A DNA stretch of 64,000 nucleotides from a virus. Every line of letters starts with the position of its first letter. The stretch's first letter is position 1. The notes under the pieces are model-generated. The model did no database searches. It was given only the letters and a program-made list of their open reading frames with translations, and was not told where the DNA came from. The translations under genes and the position numbers were made by a program. The stretch lies in the IMG/VR virus record IMGVR_UViG_3300025154_000076, positions 1 through 64,000 of that record. The stretch is one strand, 5' to 3'. This document shows positions 17,901 to 28,227 of the stretch, in pieces.

Positions 17901-20900
17901 CTGCAAATCCTTCTTGCTGTTTATATTTTAATTTTTCTGCTTTACTAACTCCCCTTGGAGGTCTTGACCCTCCTGCCCAAAATTTTGATAATTCTTTATT
18001 AAGGTTATTATCTACATTATCTAATAATTTATATACATCATCTAAATAATGACCTACTTCATGTGATATAACTTCAATATTATTAGCCTTTTTAATAGCT
18101 ATTAATGAACTTGAAGGACTATAATATCCTGCTACATTACGCTTCATAACAGAATATCGTATTTTCTTTTTCAATCCATTGGCTAAATCAGTTAATATAT
18201 TTCTAAGTTTCGGAACTTCTTGAAAATCTACATTATCTATCGGAGATGGTTCTGCCTCGTATTTTTTACCAGAAGATTCAACATCTGACAATAAGTCCCC
18301 TTTATTCCTCTCCTTCTTCAGCTTATTCAACTCCCCCCTTAATTTTTCAAGTTCAACAGGGTTGTTCTCATTATTTACCCTTTCTTGTAAATCATCTATT
18401 CTTTCTTCTGTAGTGAGTTCCTTCTTTTCTTTTGAACCCTTTACCTCCTCTTTTTTCTCTGTAATGGGTTCCTGCTTAACTTCCGGTACATTAGCATTCT
18501 CAGGAAATAAATCATTCCCTTCTTTTAACCCTTGTCTTGTCTTAATTCTTCCCTCTACTGCTTTTACAAAATCTTTTCCTTTTTCTGTTATTATATAATC
18601 ACCATATATTCCTGTTATATCATATTCTATGAACCCATTCTTTTCAAGTTTATCCTGCATGGTTTTACTTAATCCTTCTTCAAATGCATCAACAGGTTCT
18701 CCTTTACCATATTTATTATAAAGAAAACCGGCTTCCATTTCCTTCATACCCCTATTCTTTGACACCTCTTTTATAGCAGTTGTTTTGCTTACACTTACCT
18801 TTTTGTTAGGTGATAATTCCTTACCCTTAATAATGGGTTTCTCTATCTTTTTTGAACCCTTTACTTCCCCTTCTTTTCCTTGTATAACAGGCTTTTCTAT
18901 TTTTTCCTTATCTAATTCCTTATCTTTCTCTATCTTATTTTGACCCTCTATTTCCTTTTCCTGTGTAATGGGTTCAATAGTTTCTTTACCATATTCTTTA
19001 TTCCATTTTTCTACTATTTCTTTTGACCCCTTACTTTCCATTGCTTTATCAGAAAATTCTTGTAGTGTTCCATCTTTTTTTACAAGATTAACTTTACCAT
19101 CTATTACAGTATAATCTGATTCACCTGCCTTTATAGTTTTTAATTCTGAACCCTCTATTTCCTCTTTTTTCTCTGTAATGGGTTCAGCCTCTTTAATTTC
19201 TTCTTTGGGTTCTGTCTTAACTTCTTCTACCTTTTCTGATTCTTTGGGTTTAATATCTTTTCCCTCTCCTCTTTCGGTAATCTGGCTAACTTCAACCTCG
19301 TTTGCAAGTTTAACCTTTTCTGTGGAGAATTCTCCTCTTTCTGCTTGTTCATTGATTCTATTATTTAAGTTAGTAATTTCTTCACCTAATATTTTTTGCA
19401 TTGATTCTATCTGTTCTGTTGTATATTCTCGCTTAGTAGCATCTTTCATTGCTTCTAATTTTTTATATTCATTATATAATAAATCAGATGCTTCTTTTAA
19501 TCTTTCATTTACAACAGGTTCATTATTAGATATTTTATCTAATGTTTCCTCCACTGATTCAGATATATTAAGATCAGGTTCTTTCTCTAATTTCAATCTT
19601 TCCTGTACCTCTTTTATTTTTTCATCATATTCTAATCTTTCTTTCTGAACTTGCTCTTTAAATTCTTTTTTAACTTCTTCTCTAACTATTGGTTTTAATT
19701 CTTCTGGTTTATTTATTTTTTCACCTAATTCTACCTCTAACTCTTTTATTGACTTAATAATGGGTTCAACCTTTGCTTTTACTGTTTCCTCACCTAATGT
19801 TTCTTTTTGACTTTCAATATAATCTCTTTTTTCTTTTAGAATATTAATATCATCCTGTATTGCCCTTGTTTTTAGTAACCCCTTATCTGTATTATTTACA
19901 GTGTTGTTAATTTTGTTTTTCCAATTAGCCTTTTCTTTGTCGCTTAACCATCCACTTTCATCAATAGCTTTAATAAATTGTTCGGGATTTTTTGTTACCT
20001 CTTTAGCCATTGCATTTATCAAAATGGTATTGTCAATAACATTCTTAGCTAATACCATTTCATTTTTTACTTCTGCATCCTTTTCTGTTGCTATTTTCTC
20101 CCCTAAATCTATTGATTGTTTCCTTAATTTTTTAGGGTCAATATCCATTTGAGAAATAGCCTCCACCGCCTTATCTGATGATGTTAAAAAGGCTGTATAT
20201 GCTTTTTTATTCATAGACCTATTCATCACATCAATAGACCCACTAAGCATATCTTTTGCCCCAAATGCAACACCCATACCTGCTGCACTCAATACATTTT
20301 GAGATGTTATTTGTCCTGTTTCCTGATATTCTGTAATAGCTGCATCTGCACCAAATAAGACACCTGATGCAATAGAAGAAGTTGTTGGAGTTAATATAGG
20401 AGCAGCCTTTAATCCTTTAAATAAATCCCCTACCTGTCTTCCTGTCAAACCAAGTGCCTCATATTTTAATCCTTCCATATATCCCTTACCAAAACCCATT
20501 GCTTTTTCAGGAATTGTTTCACCATGAACTGATTCCTTCATCCCTAATAACACCGGAAATTTAGGAATATGATTAATACCATATTTAGCTAATTGTGCAA
20601 TTTTCATTTCAGGCATAATTGGTAATGCCATTAAGTCTGGTAATATATGCCCAACACCTCCTGCAAATGACCCAAAAGCATCATCAGGAGCATCCCAATC
20701 ACCACCTATATTTTCAACCATATCAGCAGCCTTGCCTAATGTTGTTTTCTCATCCCCTTCATGTATATGATCCCATATTTCCCTTACTGATTTTAACCCT
20801 GCCTGAACATCTTCATCATATTTTTTGTTTTTAGCCTTTTTTATTGCACCAGGTACAGAATAATCATCAACCGTTCTCATAAGTCCGGCAATACCACTCT

Positions 20901-21576
20901 GCACATTCTTAGCAAATGTCATTAAATATGAATTAGGAACACCACTACCAATCCCTTTTTCATATTTAATAGCTTCTTTTAATCTTTCATCCAATATTTC
21001 CCTTTCACCATCTCTTAATTTTCTTTCAATATTATCATTATCGCTAAATCCTATTACAGAACCCCTTATTCCCTTATAATTCAAATAATCTTTAATAGTG
21101 TTTATTTCAGGTTCTAATTCAGGCATAACAATATCATTCTGAACCCTTGTACTTGATTGAGGTTGAATTGATTCTTGTTCTAATTCAGGTAATTTTTGAA
21201 TAAATTCATCTCTTGCAGTTTGGTATTCACCAACTTTAGGAAAATCCATTTTTTGAAATGGATTAATAGGTAGTTTACTTGCTGATTGTGATTGTGATTG
21301 TTCCCCTTCCAATCCTTCTAATGAAGCTTGCGAAATGGGTTCTGAAACTTCTTCCTGAACACCAAGACCTGATCTTGCCATACCTCCATGACCAAATGGA
21401 GATACTTGAGAGGGTTGTTCGATTTGTTCTTTTTTTTTTAACCCTTGTTCGTATTGTGGATATTTTTTTAAAATAGCTTCTACAAGTTTATTATCATCAA
21501 TATCTTTATATACAGGATATTTTTCTTTTATTGCCTTTGCAAACTGTTCAACCGTATATTTATTGTCGTTATCCAT
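14989..21576 (-). CDS. Giant polyvalent virion cargo/ejection protein with zincin HEVGH motif and LPD38-like C-terminus
   Basis: 2195 aa; SHEVGH...EGFAE; C-terminal ARDLLDF...LPFTNA.I.G and IPKPFEVG; N-terminal KEKYP.Y.D.DD..L motif. Confidence 0.7.
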   Translation of the reverse strand: MDNDNKYTVEQFAKAIKEKYPVYKDIDDNKLVEAILKKYPQYEQGLKKKEQIEQPSQVSPFGHGGMARSGLGVQEEVSEPISQASLEGLEGEQSQSQSASKLPINPFQKMDFPKVGEYQTARDEFIQKLPELEQESIQPQSSTRVQNDIVMPELEPEINTIKDYLNYKGIRGSVIGFSDNDNIERKLRDGEREILDERLKEAIKYEKGIGSGVPNSYLMTFAKNVQSGIAGLMRTVDDYSVPGAIKKAKNKKYDEDVQAGLKSVREIWDHIHEGDEKTTLGKAADMVENIGGDWDAPDDAFGSFAGGVGHILPDLMALPIMPEMKIAQLAKYGINHIPKFPVLLGMKESVHGETIPEKAMGFGKGYMEGLKYEALGLTGRQVGDLFKGLKAAPILTPTTSSIASGVLFGADAAITEYQETGQITSQNVLSAAGMGVAFGAKDMLSGSIDVMNRSMNKKAYTAFLTSSDKAVEAISQMDIDPKKLRKQSIDLGEKIATEKDAEVKNEMVLAKNVIDNTILINAMAKEVTKNPEQFIKAIDESGWLSDKEKANWKNKINNTVNNTDKGLLKTRAIQDDINILKEKRDYIESQKETLGEETVKAKVEPIIKSIKELEVELGEKINKPEELKPIVREEVKKEFKEQVQKERLEYDEKIKEVQERLKLEKEPDLNISESVEETLDKISNNEPVVNERLKEASDLLYNEYKKLEAMKDATKREYTTEQIESMQKILGEEITNLNNRINEQAERGEFSTEKVKLANEVEVSQITERGEGKDIKPKESEKVEEVKTEPKEEIKEAEPITEKKEEIEGSELKTIKAGESDYTVIDGKVNLVKKDGTLQEFSDKAMESKGSKEIVEKWNKEYGKETIEPITQEKEIEGQNKIEKDKELDKEKIEKPVIQGKEGEVKGSKKIEKPIIKGKELSPNKKVSVSKTTAIKEVSKNRGMKEMEAGFLYNKYGKGEPVDAFEEGLSKTMQDKLEKNGFIEYDITGIYGDYIITEKGKDFVKAVEGRIKTRQGLKEGNDLFPENANVPEVKQEPITEKKEEVKGSKEKKELTTEERIDDLQERVNNENNPVELEKLRGELNKLKKERNKGDLLSDVESSGKKYEAEPSPIDNVDFQEVPKLRNILTDLANGLKKKIRYSVMKRNVAGYYSPSSSLIAIKKANNIEVISHEVGHYLDDVYKLLDNVDNNLNKELSKFWAGGSRPPRGVSKAEKLKYKQQEGFAEWLRVFVLNPEAAKESALIYDLYNSKVDKSTKDVIGNFSNQMRGLLSATKISSVSSIIHSSNPEKRSLARKIFPKFLIEPFKSKASFLTRVDNQYFHGEDGFRKAMKVKGVESVLPHKDFEILSRLTLGHDDVFFNVMEKGMVNGEMKRKIDEKTGMPKTRTWLFEPAKGKEFEKDIAINTNRMIADRTIEFVDRLTKRKILEDIEQGKLPPEEVLKNFPELLKKETKILRTDVDGNMTVRELIEEMKFNDIKPEDKKLYDFTHLDVSGISLGVKGKKRNDYLVAKDIIKEYDQIIKNNPDKKEIYDELKRRYQDFANDNLLFAVEKGRISKEQYDLIKELNAEYIAFARIKQTEIGGDIFENAFFSDGTSSIGNVKEVIHRLKGSSRDMVDPYVALINSTYEIMKDAKRNEAMVAFRDMLTIQRGMREGDVMDLAEIGFRVKSKDSYTIPIYVKGEKEYWRFSPDIYESLIGIHDISHDLPLIFTAYAKILRPSVTKFPTFQVRNRIRDFQNRLVISSLFPKFSNFRNKTKGYNDYELFGGGQFGYHLRNKGSYYDMIQKTMKEAKTENTIFVKPSDLAKMYDKLLGNSEKKTRIEEFYNVYDHYKKKGYSDYDAKLKAAFEARDLLDFKVIGGYVVALNDMLPFTNAKIRGFSKLVKTMHKHPGQFTAKFLIYAMLPQIANTLLIRNQDDDIIEEYKNLPNYRRDLFYNIPIHKLGMKRIHWLTIPKPFEVGLMASLIGRFVDAAVLDDKLEDQFDSDYVKFITKGLSPIDMTGITTNSGSVKSLTSNYDAFRGQNIIPEYEKDIDVRLRKTEQSSRLGKLGQKLSKDSFDPRQVDYFIKGTFSYFGDFGIRLSNIGSETAKDKIGWELTGLAKESYDSPYGNKDVKWVVDNAKKYKLGKDDDYKELNALLVAYRNETDEGKKEEIKKAIDDYADKLKKLWKDKDLMEYHNKLYYDKPETKSSSIYIP

Positions 21577-21582
21577 TATTGA

Positions 21583-23178
21583 TTATTTAATTAAATCTAA
21601 AACACCCATTGGATCTTCAGTATCTTCTTCACTTTCTTGCTGTTTAGTTTCCTTCTTTTTTTCATCCTCCCAGTAATACCCCTGATCAGGATTAGAATCA
21701 GGTGCAGTAATTTGTTTTAATTCAGATGCATTATTTTGATTATAAGGTATTAATACAGTTCTTGTTTTTTTCTTTGTTTCACCATCTACCTTAACTTCTA
21801 CTTCTGTTGTACCCATTATCCATTTGTTAGGCTTAGTTTTTGACTGATAAAATGTTTTTGGATTAGTAACCCCATCTTTTGTAGAATATTTACCATATAC
21901 CATATCAAATATTCTATTTAATTCCTTTTCTTCAATTTCAACAACGCCATCAACTTCTATTTTCTTTAAATTTTCAACATCAATTTTTTCATCAGAACCG
22001 AGTGCGGATAACATAATCATACCATCATAATCTGCATGATTAATATCCATATACTTACCACCCTTTTTAAGTTTATCTTGTTTTTTTGCCCTTATCTTAC
22101 CTAATGAAGCATTTTCTCCAATGGATATATCAACATCATTAGTACTTAAAACACTTACTTCTTTTGAATATGTACCCCTTCCCTGCTTTGATTGATAGTC
22201 AATATCACTTTCATCAATATTTTGTGTACTCTTTTTATATACCGATCTTTCAAACATTCCCTTTTTATCCTGAAACACCTTATCAACCATTTCCTGTTCA
22301 AATGTGTCTTTAATATCAGGATGCTGAACAACCTCTGATAAGTCTATTTCGTTTCGTAACCATGCATCTTTTAAACCCTTGTATTTTGGGTCATTATCTA
22401 TCAGATGCCTTGCTACAGCATAATGCATATTCGGATTAGCATTTAGTTGTGATTTAATGAATTTTTTAACCTCTACATCATTTAATGTTCCATCAAGCTT
22501 AGTAAACACCAAATCTGATTTTACAGATTTAGTTACCTCTTGTCCATTTTCCTCTGTTTCAACCTCTATCATTCGCTCTCCTTGTGTAAATGCATCAATA
22601 GATTTGGAAAGAAGGGGTTCATAATCAACAGGTTTAGGAACGATCAAGCCTTTTGGACTTTGCCATCCTTCTATAATATTTTCTTCTAAGGCTTCAAGTC
22701 TTGCTTTTGAAGCATCTACATCTATATTTTTATTTTTTGAGTTATCAAGAACTACATTAAATGCCTCACCCAATTCTTTTTCTTGTGCTTGTTTTTCTTT
22801 ATCCCATGCTTCAAACCCTGCTATTTGATTTTCTAAATCCAATCTATCCTTATATGTTAATACTCCAAATTTATCCTTCAATCTTTTTTTAGCATCAGAA
22901 TCAATAGCCTTCATTCTTTTTTCTGCTTCTTCGGTTATCTTATCACTCTTATACGTTTTACCATAAGGAATTTTCTTAAATAACTCTTGTTTATTTTTTT
23001 GGTTTTGTTCAATAATACCTGACACAGAATCCATTACACCCTGTATATTCTGTCCTGTTCTGTAACCCTTTTCTCTTTCTGTTTCAATAGGGTCAAATGA
23101 AGAAGGGGTAAAAGTAAATATAGGGTTATCCCCTGTATATCTTCTAAATGGTGTATTTTGTTGAAATCTTCTTGCCAT
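21583..23178 (-). CDS. Putative cargo/ejection protein
   Basis: 531 aa, charged and helical; lies between the muzzle and the giant protein. Confidence 0.55.
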   Translation of the reverse strand: MARRFQQNTPFRRYTGDNPIFTFTPSSFDPIETEREKGYRTGQNIQGVMDSVSGIIEQNQKNKQELFKKIPYGKTYKSDKITEEAEKRMKAIDSDAKKRLKDKFGVLTYKDRLDLENQIAGFEAWDKEKQAQEKELGEAFNVVLDNSKNKNIDVDASKARLEALEENIIEGWQSPKGLIVPKPVDYEPLLSKSIDAFTQGERMIEVETEENGQEVTKSVKSDLVFTKLDGTLNDVEVKKFIKSQLNANPNMHYAVARHLIDNDPKYKGLKDAWLRNEIDLSEVVQHPDIKDTFEQEMVDKVFQDKKGMFERSVYKKSTQNIDESDIDYQSKQGRGTYSKEVSVLSTNDVDISIGENASLGKIRAKKQDKLKKGGKYMDINHADYDGMIMLSALGSDEKIDVENLKKIEVDGVVEIEEKELNRIFDMVYGKYSTKDGVTNPKTFYQSKTKPNKWIMGTTEVEVKVDGETKKKTRTVLIPYNQNNASELKQITAPDSNPDQGYYWEDEKKKETKQQESEEDTEDPMGVLDLIK

Positions 23179-23192
23179 TATCTTTGTTTTAA

Positions 23193-24035
23193 TTATTTTA
23201 CACCAGTAACTGCACTTGCGCCACCAGTAATTGCATTACCAACTAAATTAGTTCCAAAACCAATTAATTGAAACAACCTATCTTGTGCATTCATGGCTCT
23301 TTGATTTGCCACCCCTGCCTGATTGCCTCTTGATGTCCAATAATTAGCATCTCCCGAAAATTCTAAATTATCCGCCCTGTTCATTTTTTGTTCCCAAGGA
23401 GCAAGTTGATTTAGGTTCCATGCCTGATCTTCATATCCTGCCATTTCTCCATAAGCCCCTGCTAATACCATTTGGTTTTGTCTTTCTATTTGCGATCGTT
23501 GCATTTCATTGTCCTGTGCTATTCTTGCTGATTCAATAGATATATCCTGCATCCGGTTTCTGTTTTCAACACCCATATCTGCCAATGCACCTATATCAGC
23601 TCCTCCACCTCCACCCATTTCTTTTATGGCCCCTAACCTTGCTGCTGTATCTGAAGCAAGTCTTTGTTCATATTGTGCTTTGCCGGGCATCTCTCTTACA
23701 GTGGGGATGTTTCCTAATGATTGCATGATAGATAACACCTGGTTCATTGATTCAGGTATTTCATATTTAGGCATTTCACCTGCTTCTGTTCTTAATGCTT
23801 CACCCTCAGCTCTCTGTTCTTGTGCATAAGCCATCATATCTTCAAGATATTTATCCATAGAACTCCTTGCATCTCGCATTGGATCACCAATGTATTTATC
23901 ATATTGTCGACCTGCAAATCGTCCTAATGGGCCACCTAAAATAGCTCCCCATGATTCACCCGGATTTTCATCAAAAGCATTATTCCATTTATCTCGCCTT
24001 TCTTGCCTTCGTTCTATTCTATCTGCTTTGCTCAT
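23193..24035 (-). CDS. Putative ejection/pilot protein
   Basis: Gly/Ala/Gln/Met-rich helical protein with a hydrophobic C-terminus; position typical of podovirus ejection proteins. Confidence 0.6.
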   Translation of the reverse strand: MSKADRIERRQERRDKWNNAFDENPGESWGAILGGPLGRFAGRQYDKYIGDPMRDARSSMDKYLEDMMAYAQEQRAEGEALRTEAGEMPKYEIPESMNQVLSIMQSLGNIPTVREMPGKAQYEQRLASDTAARLGAIKEMGGGGGADIGALADMGVENRNRMQDISIESARIAQDNEMQRSQIERQNQMVLAGAYGEMAGYEDQAWNLNQLAPWEQKMNRADNLEFSGDANYWTSRGNQAGVANQRAMNAQDRLFQLIGFGTNLVGNAITGGASAVTGVK

Positions 24036-24142
24036 ATCGTTAGTTTTAAAATTATATCATAAAAACAAGTTCTGCATACTTACAAATATACAGAACTTGC
24101 GACACACACACAAGACATACTTTATACGTAACTTAACTTCTA

Positions 24143-27100
24143 TCATAGGCTATTCTTTTCAGAAAAATTACAATCAACAACTACTGAAAAAAGGTTCACC
24201 TCCTCCGTATTGGTATGTTGCATAGTTATCTCCATAACTTTTCCTCTTAATAACCTTCCATTTATTATTGCATCCTTACCTGTCTTACCGGGTGTGTTTG
24301 AATCTCTTAAAAAAGCAGCATGTATAACCCCTTCTTTGAATGTCATTACTTTGGGTTTTAATACCGATGACATGCCACTTGGGTACATCTTTGAAGATGG
24401 TATTGAAATACTGGTTATATCCCAATTGGTTGTATCATCTGTTTTATTATACACATTATTATCTGTATGCATTGAAATATTCATAAACAATTTATTCCTT
24501 AATGCCTCTGCATTTACCACATACTTTACACTCACATCTCTTTGTTCACCGAATAAATGATTATAGGTATCGTTTATTTCATGCCTCCATAATGTTCCTT
24601 CCATAAAGGAAAACATGGTTTGACCCATTGCTGCAATATGTTCTACCAGGGTATTATCTTCCTTGCTTAAATTCAAATAATGGGTACAACCATTTTTATC
24701 TTCATTAAAAACAACAGCATTTACCGTTGTTCCATCGATCATTACTAAAACATATTCATTAAAATCATCTATAAAGGTTGCAAATACACTTACTGTATTG
24801 GTTGATTCTCTTAATGTTTTACACTTCTCTTTAAACCATGTGTCCATGAAATAAGCTGATACAACCTGTTGCCCATTAGGAGAAGAACGGATTACTGACC
24901 CCTTATTTCGATCTAAGTAATACAAATGCCTGTTATGTTTAACTACAGACCTATAATCCTGACATCCATAGTCATCTTCAAGAGCATAAATGGTTCCTAA
25001 TACAGCATTGGATGAAACAACAAAATCACCTGAAGTAACGCTTGCTTCTGTCAACACCTTTCTGCCTATGTATGCTGAATTCTCTTTGTGTTCCTGTAAT
25101 ATTTTTAACACATCACCAACCTCTATCATGGCTGTAACTGCTCCAAATTTCTCTCCCAACACTACATAATCATCATAATCGAATGAATGTAAATAATTAA
25201 GTTCTGTATTATCAATATATCTGCCTCCGAACCTTACATGGCCATAGTATCTTTTTTGCCTTGCACTCGAATTAAAAGAGTTTAATCTGCCATAATCATA
25301 GTTTTCTGAACTATAAAAATCATTCATGTTATTCCTTGCTACAGGAAAGGCTAAATGACTATCATTTCTGTACCCAAAATAAGAATCACCACTATTCATT
25401 GTTCCACTTGCAGGAGTGGTTAAGTCAGATGATTGATTTGTTTCCCCTGAACCTGCCTTGTGATAAGCATTTGCTGTTCCTGCATTTGTTATCTCATAAG
25501 TTTTACCAATTGAGTTATAAACTTTTTCGTCTAAGTTACCAACAGGTGTATATATTTCTGCAATAAAATAATTTGCAGAATCATAGTCAAAAATCTTATT
25601 TATACCCTCTATAATAATTTCATAATACCCATTATCGTCATCTTCCCCTCCCGATATACCGCCTTCTAATAATTCAGCCAATGGAACCCAGTTTCCTGTT
25701 CCTGTTTTACTTCCTATGATTCTTATTTTATCCCCTGTATTTGCTGCATATTCTGATAATACAGAATTGTAATTGTTCTCATTAAACAATTGTACAAACT
25801 CATTTATCCTAATCCTTACATTGCCATTACTGTCAATTCTATAACTATCAAACTTATACCATTCAAAATCAGGTACATTATCATAAATTTTCCACCTCCA
25901 ATAATAAGCCCAAATAGGGGGTCTATGAGAAATAGTCCAATTAACTTTAATGTAATTATATAATGTACTTACCCCTAATTCAGAATAAGAAGGAATAACC
26001 ACTACACTATCTTTTGATATGTTAACATTGCCAAATCTACCTTGCTTGTCAGCATATTCAATTCCAAAATATTTTGTTCCGGTATGATAATGTTTATATA
26101 CAGGCATATTACGTACTGTGTATAGCCTTAAACTAATTCCTGATGTGGTTAACGTATAGGTACTTCCCCCTTGCGATCTGCTATACGCTAATATAGAAAC
26201 AAATAGATATTCATTAGATCCACTACCTTCTGTTAATACAATTGTAAACCTTGTTTCTTCTTGTTCAAAATAATCATTTAATACATCGCTTATTCTTTTA
26301 AATAACTTTCTTGGATAAAAATTATATATAAAAGTTGTGCCTGTAGCTGTACCTATGGCTATATTATTGACCAGAATAGTGGTAGAAGAATATATACTTG
26401 TAATATATGTACCTGATGGAAAATTAGCATTAGTAATAGTCATTCCTGAACTTAAAATTGATGTATCCGCTATTCCTCCTATTAAAGATGCTCCAGTTAG
26501 AACATTACCTGTAAAAGTGTCTGTTGCTAAATCATCAGCCAATACATCAAAAGAATAAGAATAAGTTTCATCAACCCATTCTCTTTCCCCAGAATCAGGG
26601 GTTCCATTTTTTAATACTAATTCAAATACTACCTTTTCCCCTTCACTTACTTCATTTGACCCATTCTTCTGTATTTTATAAAGAAAAAAACTTGATACAG
26701 CAGAAACATATGAAGAAGCAAAATCTATTGTAGCCTGTAATGAAGATAATGCACTTATACTTTGTGCTGCATAAGATAAACTAACATCAATATCTACATT
26801 ATCGAACCCTTGTACATAGTTTGCAAAAGCTATCCTTGTATTGGCAAATGCTTCTTGTGAATCAGCCAATAATGGTACATAATCAAAGGGCCTTGCTACA
26901 TCACTTTGATCTAATGCTGTTCCTGCCTTATCGTTATAAAATGGATATAATGAATTTAAGTCTGAATAAGCTAATAAATCAAAGGTAGTTCCGCTTGCTG
27001 TAGCTGCTGCATTACATACAATTATAGACCCGGAAAGAGTAGTACCAACTGTTACTGGTGTTGAAAAATTATCCCCACCAATATACATTCCTGCATCAAT

Positions 27101-28171
27101 TAACCCTATTATAGTTGAATCCACCCCTGTAATATTTACAGATCCTTCCGTTACCGTACCTGAAAATGTTCCTACTACCTTGTATTCACCATCAGAATCA
27201 TATTTCTCAATAGTATCATATAATAACCAATCTCCATTATTCCCTTCCCTAACCAATATATCAACCTTATGAACCAATGCATGACCCATACTTAGTTTTA
27301 GCACGATCATATTATTAACCAGATAATCCTCGTTAAACTGATTATTCACATAAATTTCATTCTCAGGGATAACTATTTTAGAGTATTCTGATAACACTGT
27401 CTTAGCATAATCATCATAAATATACCGGTACGCAAACTGAAACTGTTTTTTCCTTAGTAAATTGGATTTAAAGGTAGTATCTGATATATAATCGTATGTG
27501 GGTTCAAAATAAGGCGGATACTTAATAAAAGACAACAATTGTGCATCTATACTACTATAAGCATCTATTGTTCTTTCGTTTTCCCAATAGGTAGTTTCTG
27601 TATCAGGAGTTTTATTTGTTCCTGCCTGAATGCATTTATACCTTACACTTGAATAACTTACAAAATCCCCTATTTCATATGCAACAGAATTACTATAAGC
27701 TGTAAGACTATAATCTGATGCTTTTTTTATGTTTATACTTCGTATAGGATTATTATTATCTGTCCACACTAATTCATCACCTATTACATTTGCTCTTTTT
27801 ATAGGATAAGTTAAACTAAATGCAAGCAAGGCATCTTTTAAAATCAATTCAATAGTATTTGTATCAACCCATACTCTGTATATTGCATTACTGGAAGCAG
27901 TGGAATTGTATAAAAAATAAATAATAGCATTGTTTTCTATATCATCACATGAATTCATGACAATAGAATTGGCTGCAATAGTAGGGTTTGCTTCGTGGTA
28001 TATATCTGAATTAGCATCAGTGGTGGATAGGTTGCCTTTTAGATTAACTGCATTACCATACTTATTCCTTGCATTAAATAAAGACCTGTAATTTGATTTA
28101 TCAATAACCTCATTAGCTGAATCATTATCCATTACTCCATTAAAGAATTGTATGTGTTTTACTTGACCCAT
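24143..28171 (-). CDS. Tail stabilization/muzzle protein (crAss-like, P22 gp10-like)
   Basis: 1342 aa; F.NG.M..D, L.WTDN.N..R.IN, QFAYRYIY.D, R.AFANY.QG and YGCQ...SV motifs. Confidence 0.75.
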   Translation of the reverse strand: MGQVKHIQFFNGVMDNDSANEVIDKSNYRSLFNARNKYGNAVNLKGNLSTTDANSDIYHEANPTIAANSIVMNSCDDIENNAIIYFLYNSTASSNAIYRVWVDTNTIELILKDALLAFSLTYPIKRANVIGDELVWTDNNNPIRSINIKKASDYSLTAYSNSVAYEIGDFVSYSSVRYKCIQAGTNKTPDTETTYWENERTIDAYSSIDAQLLSFIKYPPYFEPTYDYISDTTFKSNLLRKKQFQFAYRYIYDDYAKTVLSEYSKIVIPENEIYVNNQFNEDYLVNNMIVLKLSMGHALVHKVDILVREGNNGDWLLYDTIEKYDSDGEYKVVGTFSGTVTEGSVNITGVDSTIIGLIDAGMYIGGDNFSTPVTVGTTLSGSIIVCNAAATASGTTFDLLAYSDLNSLYPFYNDKAGTALDQSDVARPFDYVPLLADSQEAFANTRIAFANYVQGFDNVDIDVSLSYAAQSISALSSLQATIDFASSYVSAVSSFFLYKIQKNGSNEVSEGEKVVFELVLKNGTPDSGEREWVDETYSYSFDVLADDLATDTFTGNVLTGASLIGGIADTSILSSGMTITNANFPSGTYITSIYSSTTILVNNIAIGTATGTTFIYNFYPRKLFKRISDVLNDYFEQEETRFTIVLTEGSGSNEYLFVSILAYSRSQGGSTYTLTTSGISLRLYTVRNMPVYKHYHTGTKYFGIEYADKQGRFGNVNISKDSVVVIPSYSELGVSTLYNYIKVNWTISHRPPIWAYYWRWKIYDNVPDFEWYKFDSYRIDSNGNVRIRINEFVQLFNENNYNSVLSEYAANTGDKIRIIGSKTGTGNWVPLAELLEGGISGGEDDDNGYYEIIIEGINKIFDYDSANYFIAEIYTPVGNLDEKVYNSIGKTYEITNAGTANAYHKAGSGETNQSSDLTTPASGTMNSGDSYFGYRNDSHLAFPVARNNMNDFYSSENYDYGRLNSFNSSARQKRYYGHVRFGGRYIDNTELNYLHSFDYDDYVVLGEKFGAVTAMIEVGDVLKILQEHKENSAYIGRKVLTEASVTSGDFVVSSNAVLGTIYALEDDYGCQDYRSVVKHNRHLYYLDRNKGSVIRSSPNGQQVVSAYFMDTWFKEKCKTLRESTNTVSVFATFIDDFNEYVLVMIDGTTVNAVVFNEDKNGCTHYLNLSKEDNTLVEHIAAMGQTMFSFMEGTLWRHEINDTYNHLFGEQRDVSVKYVVNAEALRNKLFMNISMHTDNNVYNKTDDTTNWDITSISIPSSKMYPSGMSSVLKPKVMTFKEGVIHAAFLRDSNTPGKTGKDAIINGRLLRGKVMEITMQHTNTEEVNLFSVVVDCNFSEKNSL

Positions 28172-28227
28172 TATTTATTTTATTAACATTTTTTAATGTA
28201 TTATGAACAATGTTTTTATTTTTTACA

